A DNA stretch of 64,000 nt from Mobula hypostoma (lineage: Eukaryota): assembly GCF_963921235.1 (NCBI RefSeq), contig NC_086097.1, forward strand, positions 109,928,001 to 109,992,000, read 5' to 3'. The position numbers and the translations under genes are program-made. Of the stretch, positions 25,541 to 37,846 are shown piece after piece. Every line of letters starts with the position of its first letter. Position 1 is the stretch's first letter. The notes beneath the pieces were generated by a model, which was not told the origin of the DNA, ran no database searches, and saw only the letters and a list, made by a program, of their open reading frames with translations.

Positions 25541-26395
25541 GTCCTCTCTGCTCCCTTGTTACCCTCATGTTCATTGATGCATAGAATGCATCATGAATCT
25601 TTTTAATCCTACTTGCCAAGGACTTTTTATGGTCCCACCTGGCTTTTCTAATTCCCTTTTGAGTTTTTTGCTGCCATCTTTATATTCCTTTAGGGCTCTG
25701 TTTGATCTTAGCTTCCGAAAGCTTACATATGTTTCTATTTTCTTCTTGACTAAATTCACCACTCCTCTTGACATCTCTGATCTTGCCATCCTTGTCTTTC
25801 CTTCTCACTGGAACGTGCTTGTCCTGTACTCTGTGCAGTTTGTCTTTAAACACTCACCACATTTCAGATATCTTGCCCAAAAACAGCTGTTCCCAATTAA
25901 CCACGCAAACACGAGACTCTCACAGCTACCTGTACTATTCCTCTTCTCACCCTGTCTCTTGCAAAAATCCCATCCCCTTCTCGCAATTCCTCCGTCTCCG
26001 CCGCATCTGGTCTCAGGATGAGGCTTTTTATTCCAGGATGAAGGAGATGTCCTCCTTTTTTAAAGAAAGGGGCTTCCGTTCCTCCACTATCAACTCTGCT
26101 CTTAAACGCATCTCCCCCATTTCATGCACATCTGCTCTCACCCCATCCTCCCACCACCCCACTAGGAATAGGGTTCCCTTTGTCCTCTCCTACAACCCCA
26201 CCAGCCTCCGGGTCTAATATATAATTCTCCGTAACTTCCGCCACCTCCAACAGGATCCCACCACTAAGCATATCTTTCCCTCCCCAACCCCCTGCTTTCC
26301 ACAGGGATCCCTCCCTTGTGCATTTGTCCCCCCCAATCCCTTCCCACCAATCTACCTCATGGCACTTATCTTTGTAAGCGGAACAAGTGCTATAT

Positions 26396-29356
26396 ATAAT
26401 TGTATAACAATTATGTTCAACATAATTGTATAAGGGCTAAGAGAGTTGTAAAAGAGTGCCTGAAGGCTTTATGTGTCAATGCAAGGAGCATTCATAATAA
26501 GGTGGATGAATTGAAAGTGCAGATTGTTATTAATGATTATGATATAGTTGGGATCACAGAGACATGGCTCCAGGGTGACCAGGGATGGGAGCTCAACGTT
26601 CAGGGATATTCAATATTCAGGAGGAATAGACATGAAGGAAGGGGAGGTGGGGTGGCGTTGCTGGTTAAAGAAGAGATTAACGCAATAGAAAGGAAGGACA
26701 TAAGCTGGGAAGATGTGGAATCGATATGGGTAGAGCTGCGTAACACCAAGGGGCAGAAGACGCTGGTGGGAGTTGTGTACAGGCCACCTAACAGTAGTAG
26801 TGAGGTTGGAGATGGTATTAAACAGGAAATTAGAAATGTGTGCAATAAAGGAACAGCAGTTATAATGGGTGACTTCAATCTACATGTAGACTGGGTGAAC
26901 CAATTTGGTAAAGGTGCTGAGGAAGAGGATTTCTTGGAATGTATGCGGGATGGTTTTTTGAACCAACATGTCGAGGAACCAACTAGAGAGCAGGCTATTC
27001 TGGACTGGGTTTTGAGCAATGAGGAAGGGTTAATTAGCGATCTTGTTGTGAGAGGCCCCTTGGGTAAGAGTGACCATAATATGGTGGAATTCTTCATTAA
27101 GATGGAGAGTGACATAGTTAATTCAGAAACAAAGGTTCTGAACTTAAAGAGGGGTAACTTTGAAGGTATGAGACGTGAATTAGCTAAGATAGACTGGCAA
27201 ATGACACTTAAAGGATTGACGGTGGATATGCAATGGCAAGCATTTAAAGGTTGCATGGATGAACTACAACAATTGTTCATCCCAGTTTGGCAAAAGAATA
27301 AATCAAGGAAGGTAGTGCACCCGTGGCTGACAAGAGAAATTAGGGATACGATCAATTCCAAAGAAGAAGCATACAAATTAGCCAGAGAAAGTGGCTCACC
27401 TGAGGACTGGGAGAAGTTCAGAGTTCAGCAGAGGAGGACAAAGGGCTTAATTAGGAAGGGGAAAAAAGATTATGAGAGAAAACTGGCAGGGAACATAAAA
27501 ACGGACTGTAAAAGCTTTTATAGATATGTAAAAAGGAAAAGACTGGTAAAGACAAATATAGGTCCCCTGCAGACAGAAACAGGTGAATTGATTATGGGGA
27601 GCAAGGACATGGCAGACCAATTGAATAGTTACTTTGGTTCTGTCTTCATTAAGGAGGACATAAATAATCTTCCAGAAATAGTAAAAGACAGAGGGTCCAG
27701 TGGGATGGAGGAACTGAGCGAAATACATGTTAGTAGGGAAGTGGTGTTAGGTAAATTGAAGGGATTGAAGGCAGATAAATCCCCAGGGCCAGATGGTCTG
27801 CATCCTAGAGTGCTTAAAGAAGTAGCCCAAGAAATAGTGGATGCATTAGTGATAATTTTTCAAAACTCGTTAGATTCTGGACTAGTTCCTGAGGATTGGA
27901 GGGTGGCTAATGTAACCCCACTTTTTAAAAAAGGAGGGAGAGAGAAACCGGGGAATTATAGACCGGTTAGCCTAACGTCGGTGGTGGGGAAACTGCTGGA
28001 GTCAGTTATCAAGGATGTGATAACAGCACATTTGGAAAGCGGTGAAATAATCGGACAAAGTCAGCATGGATTTGTGAAAGGAAAATCATGTCTGACGAAT
28101 CTCATAGAATTTTTTGAGGATGTAACTAGTAGAGTGGATAGGGGAGAACCAGTGGATGTGGTATATTTGGATTTTCAAAAGGCTTTTGACAAGGTCCCAC
28201 ACAGCAGATTAGTGTGCAAACTTAAAGCACATGGTATTGGGGGTAAGGTATTGGTGTGGGTGGAGAATTGGTTAGCAGACAGGAAGCAAAGAATGGGAAT
28301 AAACGGGACCTTTTCAGAATGGCAGGCGGTGACTAGTGGAGTACCGCAAGGCTCAGTGCTGGGACCCCAGTTGTTTACAATATATATTAATGACTTGGAT
28401 GAGGGAATTAAATGCAGCATCTCCAAGTTTGCAGATGACACGAAGCTGGGTGGCAGTGTTAGCTGTGAGGAGGATGCTAAGAGGATGCAGGGTGACTTGG
28501 ATAGGTTGGGTGAGTGGGCAAATTCATGGCAGATGCAATTTAATGTGGATAAATGTGAAGTTAGCCACTTTGGTGGCAAAAATAGGAAAACAGATTATTA
28601 TCTGAATGGTGGCCGATTAGGAAAAGGGGAGGTGCAATGAGACCTGGGTGTCATTATACACCAGTCATTGAAAGTGGGCATGCAGGTACAGCAGGCGGTG
28701 AAAAAGGCGAATGGTATGCTGGCATTTATAGCGAGAGGATTCGAGTACAAGAGCAGGGACATACTACTGCAGTTGTACAAGGCCTTGGTGAGACCACACC
28801 TGGAGTATTGTGTGCAGTTTTGGTCCCCTAATCTGAGGAAAGACATCTTTGCCATAGAGGGAGTACAAAGAAGGTTCACCAGATTGATTCCTGGGATGGC
28901 GGGACTTTCATATGAAGAAAGACTGGATGAATTGGGCTTGTACTCGTTGGAATTTAGAAGATTGAGGGGGGATCTGATTGAAACGTATAAGATCCTAAAG
29001 GGATTGGACAGGCTAAATGCAGGAAGATTGTTCCCGATGTTGGGGAAGTCCAGAACGAGGGGTCACAGTTTGAGGATAGAGGGGAAGCCTTTTAGGACCG
29101 AGATTAGGAAAAACTTCTTCATACAGAGAGTGGTGAATCTGTGGAATTCTCTGCCACAGGAAACTGTTGAGGCCAGTTCATTGGCTATATTTAAGAGGGA
29201 GTTAGATATGGCCCTTGTGGCTACGGGGGTCAGGGGGTATGGAGGGAAGGCTGGGGCGGGGTTCTGAGTTGGATGATCAGCCATGATCATAATAAATGGC
29301 GGTGCAGGCTCGAAGGGCCGAATGGCCTACTCCTGCACCTATTTTCTATGTTTCTA
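26396..29356 (+). mobile_element. Young CR1 with complete ORF2 broken by a single stop
   Basis: ORFs 26400-28640 and 28668-29267 are in the same frame, separated only by TGA at 28638-28640; (TTTCTATG)-type tail. Confidence 0.97.
26400..29267 (+). pseudogene. CR1 ORF2 (APE endonuclease and reverse transcriptase), one nonsense codon
   Basis: [42 protein letters not shown] and KFADD; the paralog at 7087-8579 reads QRDLG (CGA) at the stop position. Confidence 0.93.
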
Positions 29357-29747
29357 TCTTTCTATATGCCCTTACACTTCCTCCCTCACCACCATTCAGG
29401 GACCTAGACAGTCCTTCCAGGTGAGGCGACACTTCACCTGTGAGTCGGCTGGGGTGATATACTGCGTTCGGTGCTCCCGATGCGGCCTTCTATATATTGG
29501 GGAGACACGACACAAGCTGGGGGACCATTTCGCTGAATACCTACGCTCTGTCTGCCAGAGAAAACTGGATCTCCCAGTAGCCACGCATTTTAATTCCACA
29601 TCCCATTCCCATTACGGTATGTCTATCCACGGCCTCCTCAACTGTCAAGACAAAGCCACACTCAGGTTGGAGGAACAACACCTTATATTCCGTCTGGGTA
29701 GCCTCCAACCTGATGGCATGAATATTGACTTCTCTAACTGCCGTTAA
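29357..29747 (+). pseudogene. Penelope GIY-YIG endonuclease domain
   Basis: FTCESAGVIYCVRCSRCGLLYIGETRHKL..PVATHFN..RLEEQHLIFRLGSLQPDGMN. Confidence 0.88.
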
Positions 29748-30056
29748 TGCCCCACCTCCCCTTTGTACCCCATTCATTGTTTATTTATTTATTTATTATT
29801 GTTATTATTATTAATTATTTTTTCTCTCTCTTTCTTCCTCTGCCCCTCTCACTATACTCCTTGCCCATCCTCTGGGCCTCCCCCCTCCCTCTTTCTTTCT
29901 CCCTAGGCCTCCTGTCCCATGATCCTCTCATATCCCTTTTGCCAATCAGCTTTTCAGCTCTTAGCCCCATCCCTCCCCCTCCTGTCTTCTCCTATCATTT
30001 CGGATCTCCCTCTCCCCCTCCCACTTTCAAATCTCTTACTATCTCTCCTTTCAGTT

Positions 30057-30092
30057 AGTCCTGACAAAGGGTCTCGGCCCAAAACATCGACT
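30057..30092 (+). ncRNA. Decayed minimal hammerhead ribozyme motif of the Penelope element
   Basis: AGTC-CTGACAA-AGGGTCTCGGCCC-AAAAC-ATC-GACT equals AGTC-CTGACGA-stemII-GAAAC-GTC-GACT with three CpG-type G>A changes. Confidence 0.55.
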
Positions 30093-31706
30093 GTACCTCT
30101 TCCTATAGATGCTGCCTGGCCTGCTGCGTTCACCAGATTTTTATTGCGTTCCCAATTAACTCTCCCTGTTTCCTGCCTAATACGCTCATAATTTGTCCTG
30201 CTACAATTTAATACTCTCCAAGGTTCATAATTATCATTATTCATAGTTATTTTAACTTAAAGAATAGGAATTGTGATTACTGTTCCTTAACAGCTCTCCC
30301 ACTGAAATGTCAGTCACCTGGCCCAGCGCCAGGTCAAGTATGGCCCCTTCTCTTGATGGGCAACCTACATATTGATTTAAGAATCTCTCCTGTATGTACC
30401 TCACAAACTCTGTCCCAGCTAAACTTTTTGCACTAATAAGGTGCCAGTGAAAATTAGTGAAGTTGAGGGTATCCTGTTGTTTTTACTTCTGTCCCTAATC
30501 GGATGGCATTTTTGTTCCTCAAAGTCCCATTGGCTATAAGCGGTGGTGCAGTCTGCCATATAATCGCAGAGTGATTGTATTTCTCTTATTTTTGATTTCT
30601 GCCCATATAGGATTCAATGGATGTACCCTCCATTATATCCCCTCAAAGTGCAGTTGTGATTATTGACACTGATTAATAATGCACCTCCACCCACCCCACC
30701 AAACTTTGACCTCCTTCTCTATCTTTTCTAAATATCGAAACCCTGGAACATTAAGCATCCATTCCTGTCCCTCTTTCAACCAAGTCTCTGTACTGGCCAC
30801 AACATCATGGTTCCATATTCAGATCCATGTTCGTATCCGTTAATCATCCATTATTATCCCAAGCACCCCTGCAACCCGCCCATCCCAATGCATCCATCAC
30901 CTTGCTTCTCCCCCAGCAGTATCACTTATTGCTTAGGGGAATGGTCACAGGAGAGGCCTTCACTGAATGCCTGTTCCTTTTGCTTCTCTTGGTGGTTACC
31001 CACCCATCTGAAGCCTGTTCCCTGGCTATGACCACCTCTGTAAGTCTCATCTATGTGGTTTTCAGCCTCCCAGATGGTATGAGTTTATCCAGCTCCATAC
31101 CGAGACCCAGTCTGTAAGGAACTGCAGCAGAGTGCACTTCACACAAATGCTGTTGTCAGGGAGGTCCCCTAACTTCCCAAATCGTGCAGGAAGAATATTT
31201 TTCTGCCCTAACTACCATCCTGCCAACAGATTTAGGAGTGAGGATTTACAGACAACAAAATAAAACCTTCACACTGAAGCCTTTATTTTCAACCATAACT
31301 GTTGTCGCACCCCACACATGGACCACATATTCTGCCTCTTGAGCTGAAGCCTTAGCTCCACACTCCTCTACTTCTGCTTCGGCTTCTTTGTCTTCTTGTA
31401 AAGTTTAACCAACAGAACAATACAGCCACCTACTGAAATAACTCAAATAATATCAAGAAGTCTAATGGTTTTTAGAAAGTCAAATATGCCCCTATATACT
31501 TTACATTGGCAGTGATATCCTAACAAACTTTCCATGTTAAACTTGTCTGTCCCAAAGATTTCAATTTAGCAATTAGATGTTTCCTTTGTACCTCATAGGA
31601 ACTGTGTTCAAACAAGATATGCCGCACTGTTTCTTGACAAATGCACTCCGTTCAAGTGCCTGTATCATGCACGTTAAATCTGAACAAGGAATTATTCAAC
31701 CTATTA

Positions 31707-32117
31707 AAGGCATCCGTTAGTCTTGCAAGACCATGGATCTGTGCCTGGAAAGTCTTCACTCTCTAGGGCGCAGGCCTGGGCAAGGTTGTATGGAAGATCA
31801 GCAGTTGCCCATGCTGCAAGTCTCCCCTCTCCACGACACCAATGTTGTCCAAGGGAAGGACATTAGGACCCATACAGCTTGGCACCAGTGTCGTCGCAGA
31901 GCAATGTGTGATTAAGTGCCTTGTTCAAGGTTACAATATGTTGCCTCGGCTGGGGCTCGAACTCATGACCTTCAGGTCGCTAGTCCAATGCCTTAATCTG
32001 AGTTGGATGATCAGCCATGATCATACTGAATGGTGGTGCAGGCTCAAAGGGCCGAATGGCCTATTCCTGCACCTGTTTTCTATGTTTCTATGTTTAACCA
32101 CTTGGCCACGTGCCCAC
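31707..32117 (-). mobile_element. tRNA-derived SINE carrying a nested CR1 3' tail (about 31997-32092)
   Basis: Head gggcacgtggccaagtggttaa (A box) and gagttcgagccc (B box); 12-bp TSD TTCAACCTATTA at 31695-31706 and 32118-32129. Confidence 0.85.
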
Positions 32118-32807
32118 TTCAACCTATTATGTACACTTATTATCAAAGTGTGTATGCTGGGAAGACGAATCTCCCCGGGTTGTATACTACACACATACTT
32201 TGAATCTTCCAGATCTTTGAATCTTTCCCTCCTTTTATACCTGTCTCCCAGCTGAGTTCTCACCATCCTCTGAATATTATACAAATGCCATCCTTTCTTT
32301 TCTTTGTCCTAACCTTGTTGCCACAGTGATCACATAGACTTCTTAATTATGGTTTTTGCCTCCACTTTATGCAAAGGCACCACTACATTTATATAACTAA
32401 TTTTAAGTGATTGCTTGGCTAGAATGTCTGCCACATTGTTTCCTTCAACTTCAGCTTGGGCAAGGACCCATAAGAAATGTATACACAAGCCTAGACCCTG
32501 CTGCCTCAGCAAAAGTTTTCCAATCTCAAGAATATTTGTCCTACGATTTGAAATTCCTGCATAATCAATGTTAAAACCAAGAACAAATCAGAGCACAGAA
32601 GTACATAGTTAGGGCATACTTCTTCAACTTATTCCAAGGCTAAAATGATAGCAACTATCTCAGACGTGAATACTGATACTTTGATGATCTTTTAATCTTT
32701 TCTTAATAGTCACCTGAAACTTTGGAATATAAACAGAAGCACCTGAACGTCAATGGATGTTTTGAACCACCTGTGAGGATATATAAGAAGCCCTAATATC
32801 TGCCTGT

Positions 32808-33124
32808 ATATAGAGAGAATTCAGAGAACACAGCCTCAGAATAGAGGGACATCTTTTTAGAATGGAGATGAGGAGGTATTTCTTTAGCCAGAGAGTGGTG
32901 AATCTGTGGAATTCTTTGCCATAGGCAGCTGTGGTGGCCAAGTCTTTATGTAATTTAAGGGTGAGGTTAATAGAGTCTTGATTGGTCACAGCAGGAAGGG
33001 ATATGGGGAGAAGGCAGGAGAATGGGGCTGAGAAGAAGATTGGATCAGCCTTGATGAAATGACAGAGCAGGCTCGATAGGCCAGCTGGCCTAATTCTGCT
33101 CCTATATCTTATGGTCTTATTGTC
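32808..33124 (+). mobile_element. CR1 3' fragment inside the Nimb-like element
   Basis: agccagagagtggtgaatctgtggaattct and cttatggtctt tail. Confidence 0.8.
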
Positions 33125-33226
33125 CTATATGTTGCTGAACATCCTTTGCCACTGATATACAATCACTCCGTGGCACGTGGCCAAGTGGTTAAGGTGTTCC
33201 TTTGCCACTGATATACAATCACTGTG

Positions 33227-33528
33227 TTGGCGCGTGGCCAAGTAGTTAAGGCGTTTGTCTAGTGATTTGAAGGTTGCTAGTTCGAGCCTTGGCTGAGGCA
33301 GCGTGTGTGTCCTTGAGCAAGGCACTTAACCACACATTGCTCTGCGACATAACTGGTGCCAAGCGGTATGGGTCCTAATGCCCTTCCCTTGGACAACATT
33401 GGTGGCGTGGAGAGGGGAGACTTGCAGCATGGGCAACTACTGGTCTTCCATACAACCTTGCCCAGGCCTGCGCCCTGGAAACCTACCAAGGTGCAAATCC
33501 ATGGTCTCATGAGACTAACAGATGCCTA
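33227..33528 (+). mobile_element. tRNA-derived SINE (same family as 31707-32117)
   Basis: tggccaagtagttaagg A box, agttcgagcc B box, shared body and ..gagactaacagatgccta end. Confidence 0.85.
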
Positions 33529-34604
33529 TACCAATCATTCCTAATCTTGATCGTTTCCAAGGCCCAAATTAACCTCACGCAAAGGGAAAACCCATGGAGG
33601 AGTGACAGAAGGGGGTATCCTGGGACAATATTTCGTGCCCAGTCATTTCCCATCCATCCAAAATTGAAGGCCTTGTGAATGCAGTGCTCCCAATACTCTA
33701 CTAATTGGACAACCAGCTTTCTGTCCTCTTACATTAACCCAATAAACCGTAGCTATCTGTAATCTATGTAGATGTAAAGGTACTTCTCCCAATGCCGCTA
33801 CTAATGCCAAAATTGGGGATGATTTTATAGCACCACAACATAATCTCAATGCTTAAGCTTGAACTTTATCTATGGGCTTTAATACTGTGGGTGAGGCTGA
33901 CCCATAAGCAACAGATCCATAATCAAAGACAGATCTGATTTAATATACATTTGACCTCATACTCACACTCCAATCACACCCAACTAAGCACAGGAGCACA
34001 TTTATACTTCTTATACTTCTCTAGAATTTCGTTTATATGCACTTTCCATGTTAGCCTGGTGTCCAACCACATACAGTACCTAGAAACTTCACCACTGACT
34101 CGTGTTTAAGAGATTGACCAAGTAACTTGAGATTAAATATGGATGTAATGCTCCTTTTAGAAAGACAAATAACTGGGGTCTTTGCAACAGAAAATTTAAA
34201 GCTGCTCCGACATCCCCATTCCTCTACTTCATTAATAACTGCCTGCGTTTTCCTTACTATATAATTTATATTCCTGCTTCGCTTCCACAGCGCACTATCA
34301 TCAACATATAATGATTTGGAAATATCTGAGCCTACATTTAAAAAAATATCATTCATCATAATATTAAAAAAGAGTGGGCTACACACACGCCCATGTGGAG
34401 TCCGTTCTCTATCTCATACTCTTAGAGAATGTTGTTCCCACCCTAACTTGTATCTTCCTATCACATAAAAACTCTTGAATCCAATTTTGAACATTCTACC
34501 ACCTATTCCCATCTTTTCCAGTTTAACCAGCAACCCTTGTGCCCATAACATATCACAAGCTTTCTCTACATAAGATAAAACTGCTACTTCTGATTATTTA
34601 ACCC

Positions 34605-34790
34605 AGGAAATTCTGCAGATGCTGAAAATCCAAAGTAACACACACAAAATGCTGGAGGAACTCAGCAGGCCAGGCAGCATCCGTGGAAATGAGCAAACTG
34701 TCAACTTTTCAAACTAACACCTTTCTTCAAGATTGGAAAGAAAATAGAAAGAATTCCCTTCTGCCCTTTTACCTTTTCTCACCAGCAATT
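34605..34790. repeat. Penelope-derived terminal fragment
   Basis: aattctgcagatgctg..cacacaaaatgctggaggaactcagcagg, shared with the other copies in the window. Confidence 0.65.
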
Positions 34791-35029
34791 TGTTATCAAC
34801 CTGTATCAGAGTCTAAACTTAACAGAGGCCACGGTCATTCTCAGTTTACGAAATCCAGATTGGTATACAACTAATTTTCCAGTACTTTCCACCAAATAAT
34901 TAAGCCTTGTTAAACCATTCGTTCCATTATCTTACATCCACGTGAAGTTAGCGAAATATGTCTAAAACTGGAAGTACGTGATTGAACCTTACCAAGTTCC
35001 AATATAGGGATAACCACCTTTATTTTCAA

Positions 35030-35420
35030 GGAAGCCAGAAGTCACCCATGTTGTATTAAAGACAATACCCTTGTGACAAGTCAATCTTTGAAAACCTCTC
35101 CCTGCCTGCAAAAACGTCTTCTATTGATGGCAGGGGATACTGCACAGAATGCAGCCTAGGGTTGATGCACACTTTGAACTGCCCGCATATGCGAATAGCT
35201 CCAGCCTTCCCTTTCTTGATAACTGCGGCAATGGGCCTGGCCCAATGACTCCACTCAACTTTGGAGAGTATGCCAGACACCTCCAAGTTCTGAAGATCAG
35301 CATCCACTTTAGGACATAATGCATAAAAGACTGGACGCACTTTATGGAATCTTCCATAAAGCAATATCCTTCAAAGCAAATGATCAGGAAATCTATTTGC
35401 ACATAAATCAATCAAAGTTC
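35030..35420 (-). mobile_element. Gypsy RT fragment (same family as the 37767-47810 element)
   Basis: RPVFYAL..SHWARPI..IRICGQFK..YPLPSIEDVFA..FSKIDLSQGY. Confidence 0.75.
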
Positions 35421-37531
35421 AATCTCTTCATGCACAAACAGTTGGAGCTCAGGACCCTCCTTCTTCACTCTGTGATCCCCTCGGACCACCTCGATCTGCT
35501 GCCTGGGACCAACAACAGTTGTTGACCAGATGCTCCACACAAGTCCGTCTCTGTCTCCTCTCCTCGCCGCACACCCTGGATCTCGGACTCCTGCGTGGGG
35601 TCCGACCCCATTAGCAGACTCACAGCATCTTGTCCATCCTCTGTCTCTCTCTCTCCCACCTTCTGCACAAAAACCCGCACATCACACTAACTTACAGACA
35701 CACAGAAAGAATAACATCTTTCCCAATTTTGTTTGTTCATCCTCTTATCGGTAACATGATCCGAACAAACTGCTAGCAGGAGGACTTTCTCAGCAGTTAA
35801 CATAACAAAGAAGCCATTTTAATTAGACTACGCAGTAACATAAAAGAAGAAACCCCTTACATATCATCATACAGTTACACACACTTGACCTATATTCAGA
35901 TACCATCATGAGATCTTTAGCAAAAACAGGGTTGTTAGATAGATTTATCCTTGTACTCCCACCATCATTCAAGCACACCAAACAGTTTTCTTCCAGAAAG
36001 TCTTCCACCACCATCTCATTCACATTATTGTCACTACAATCCCACGTAGTACTATGAACATTAAAATCCCCACACCACCTGACCTTATTTTTCCCAATTC
36101 CATCCACACTTTTCCAATATATCAGGTTACATTTTCCAATATAACCTTTCCAAGGGTTATAAACAATTATTATCAGTATTTTATTATTCTTTCCCACAAT
36201 TTCAACCACAATTGATTCATAAGCAGCTCCAATATCTATAACTCCCATTTTTGACGAAGTTAACCTCTCCTCTATTACTCACTTTCCAATGTCATCTTAT
36301 ATGAACATAACCCTGTATCTTAGACAATATTTCAACCAAATTTCCTATGCATGTATATACATAACATCAGGTTTATTTGGTAAGTCTTCAATAAATTTCT
36401 TAAACTCTTAACCATTAGCTAACAGACTTCTAGCATTCCATTGTAAGATTAGAAAAACTATTACAAACTCTCCTTTGAAGTCTGAACATCATTTACTTCT
36501 CCTTGTGAGGCATTAATAACGTCTAGAGTAAAGTTTTTTATCTCTGTATATTTTTATGCAACTTTTAATATAACTTTAATTCTTTTCTGTCCTAGTTTTG
36601 GTCTGCTGTACAATTTACCACATCTGCTATGAACGTGACAAACTTCAGTTTATCAAAAGTCAACAAATCATTTGTTATATAATCATGTACCTGGAGGGAA
36701 GTAACATAGAACTCCAGCTGTGGTCTAACTAGTGTTTTATAAAGTTATATCATAACCTCGTACCCTAATACTGTTTTCCCCTACTGGAACAAAGGAACTA
36801 ACCCAACTACTTCTCATTTTCAGGGACCCTTGCATTTATACATCTTGGTCCTTTGGATATTCCTTGTATATCTCTGACCTCAGTAGTCCCCCTAAATGCA
36901 TTACTTCACAATATGGAGGATGAAATTCCATCTGCTATTGCTATGCTCATCATATTTACTCACCAATATTATCTTGTAGTTTAAGACTGCCCTCCTTACT
37001 ATCAAGGGCACCAAAAATATTGAGGTTAAAATGCTGACATGGACTGAAAATTGGCTGACAGGCAAGACACGGAGAATTAGAATAAATAGATATTTTTCAG
37101 GGAGACAGGCAATGACAAGTGGAGTTCTGCAGGTATCAGTGCTTATGCTTCAGCTTTCTGAAATATAGTTTAATGACTTGCGTGAGAGATCCAATAGTTC
37201 TAAGTTTACTGATGACAAGAAAGTACGTAACATTGTAAGCTGTAAGGACAACACAGAAAATCTCCAAAGTGACGTTGACAACTTGAATCAATGAACACAT
37301 GGCAGAAGCACTATAACATGGATTACTAAGATGTTATCTACTTTAACTACAGAAACAAAGGCAGGGTGTTAGTTAAATGGTGAGAGGTTTACATACAATG
37401 ACCAAGATGCCCTTCTACATAGCTCATTAAAAGGAGATATGCATTGAGCAGTCAAGAATACATATTGTGCATTGGCCTCTATTACAAGAGGAACAGGAAC
37501 ATGATCTTCATAAACATACCATAGATAGAGA

Positions 37532-37738
37532 ACACAAAATAATCTACAGATGCTGGGGTCAAAGCAACCCTCACTACATGCTGGAGGAACTCAGCAGGTC
37601 AGACAGCATTCGTGGAAAAGATCAGTCGACGTTTCGGGCCTTCTATCCCAACGAAGAGTTCCAGCCCGAAACGTCGACCGATCTTTTCCGCTGATGCTGC
37701 CTGACCTGCTGGGTTCCTCCAGCATGTTGTGAGTGTTT
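37532..37738. repeat. Penelope-derived hairpin element
   Basis: Inverted arms with gtcgacgtttcgggc / gcccgaaacgtcgac; 12-bp TSD CATAGATAGAGA at 37520-37531 and 37739-37750. Confidence 0.82.
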
Positions 37739-37766
37739 CATAGATAGAGAGTTCAGTGAAGATTTC

Positions 37767-37831
37767 TATTGTGTCTGTACAATTATGTATCAAATAAATA
37801 AAGGCATCACTCAGAGGTGAAGTTAACTACA
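37767..37831 (-). repeat. Gypsy 3' LTR (internally deleted, 65 bp)
   Basis: Aligns to 47632-47695 plus the LTR end; adjacent cttcctcccctttta is the PPT complement. Confidence 0.8.
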
Positions 37832-37846
37832 CTTCCTCCCCTTTTA
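37832..37846 (-). promoter_or_regulatory. Polypurine tract of the Gypsy element
   Basis: Minus strand TAAAAGGGGAGGAAG immediately before the 3' LTR. Confidence 0.8.

Larger units (their letters stand above)
25906..30147 (+). mobile_element. 5'-truncated Penelope-like element (25906-26395 and 29357-30147) split by a young CR1
   Basis: DSHSYLYYSSSHP..IPFSQFLRLRRI (PLE RT thumb), then GIY-YIG GVIYCVRCSRCGLLYIGET..LQPDGMN; pyrimidine-rich 3' region with a hammerhead-like motif. Confidence 0.9.
20010..31215 (-). mobile_element. Old CR1 scaffold in pieces (about 20010-20870, 22990-23668, 25540-25905, 30148-31215) hosting Rex1, Penelope and CR1 insertions
   Basis: CR1 3' tail complement catagaacagtacagcac at about 20020; degenerate RT, EN and ORF1 pieces appear in the expected order. 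Confidence 0.55.
31365..36690 (-). mobile_element. Degenerate I-superfamily (Nimb-like) LINE with EN, RT and RNase H
   Basis: LILQWNARSL (about 36440), WCGDFNVH, SPLFFNIMMND..SLYVDDSALW, [T]GGSK..GASVYIP and FLWV.A..VEGN..ADILAK; 3' end agtaggtggc..aagaag at about 31380-31435. Confidence 0.8.

Noticed and set aside
26600..27376. Long antisense ORFs opposite CR1/Rex1 ORF2 (also 7867-8271, 10195-10617, 11952-12440, 51083-51781)
   Set aside because: Shadow frames of LINE coding sequence; they recur in paralogs only because the elements are homologous.
33227..33300. tRNA gene
   Set aside because: A and B boxes run directly into a SINE body shared with 31707-32117; no proper acceptor stem.
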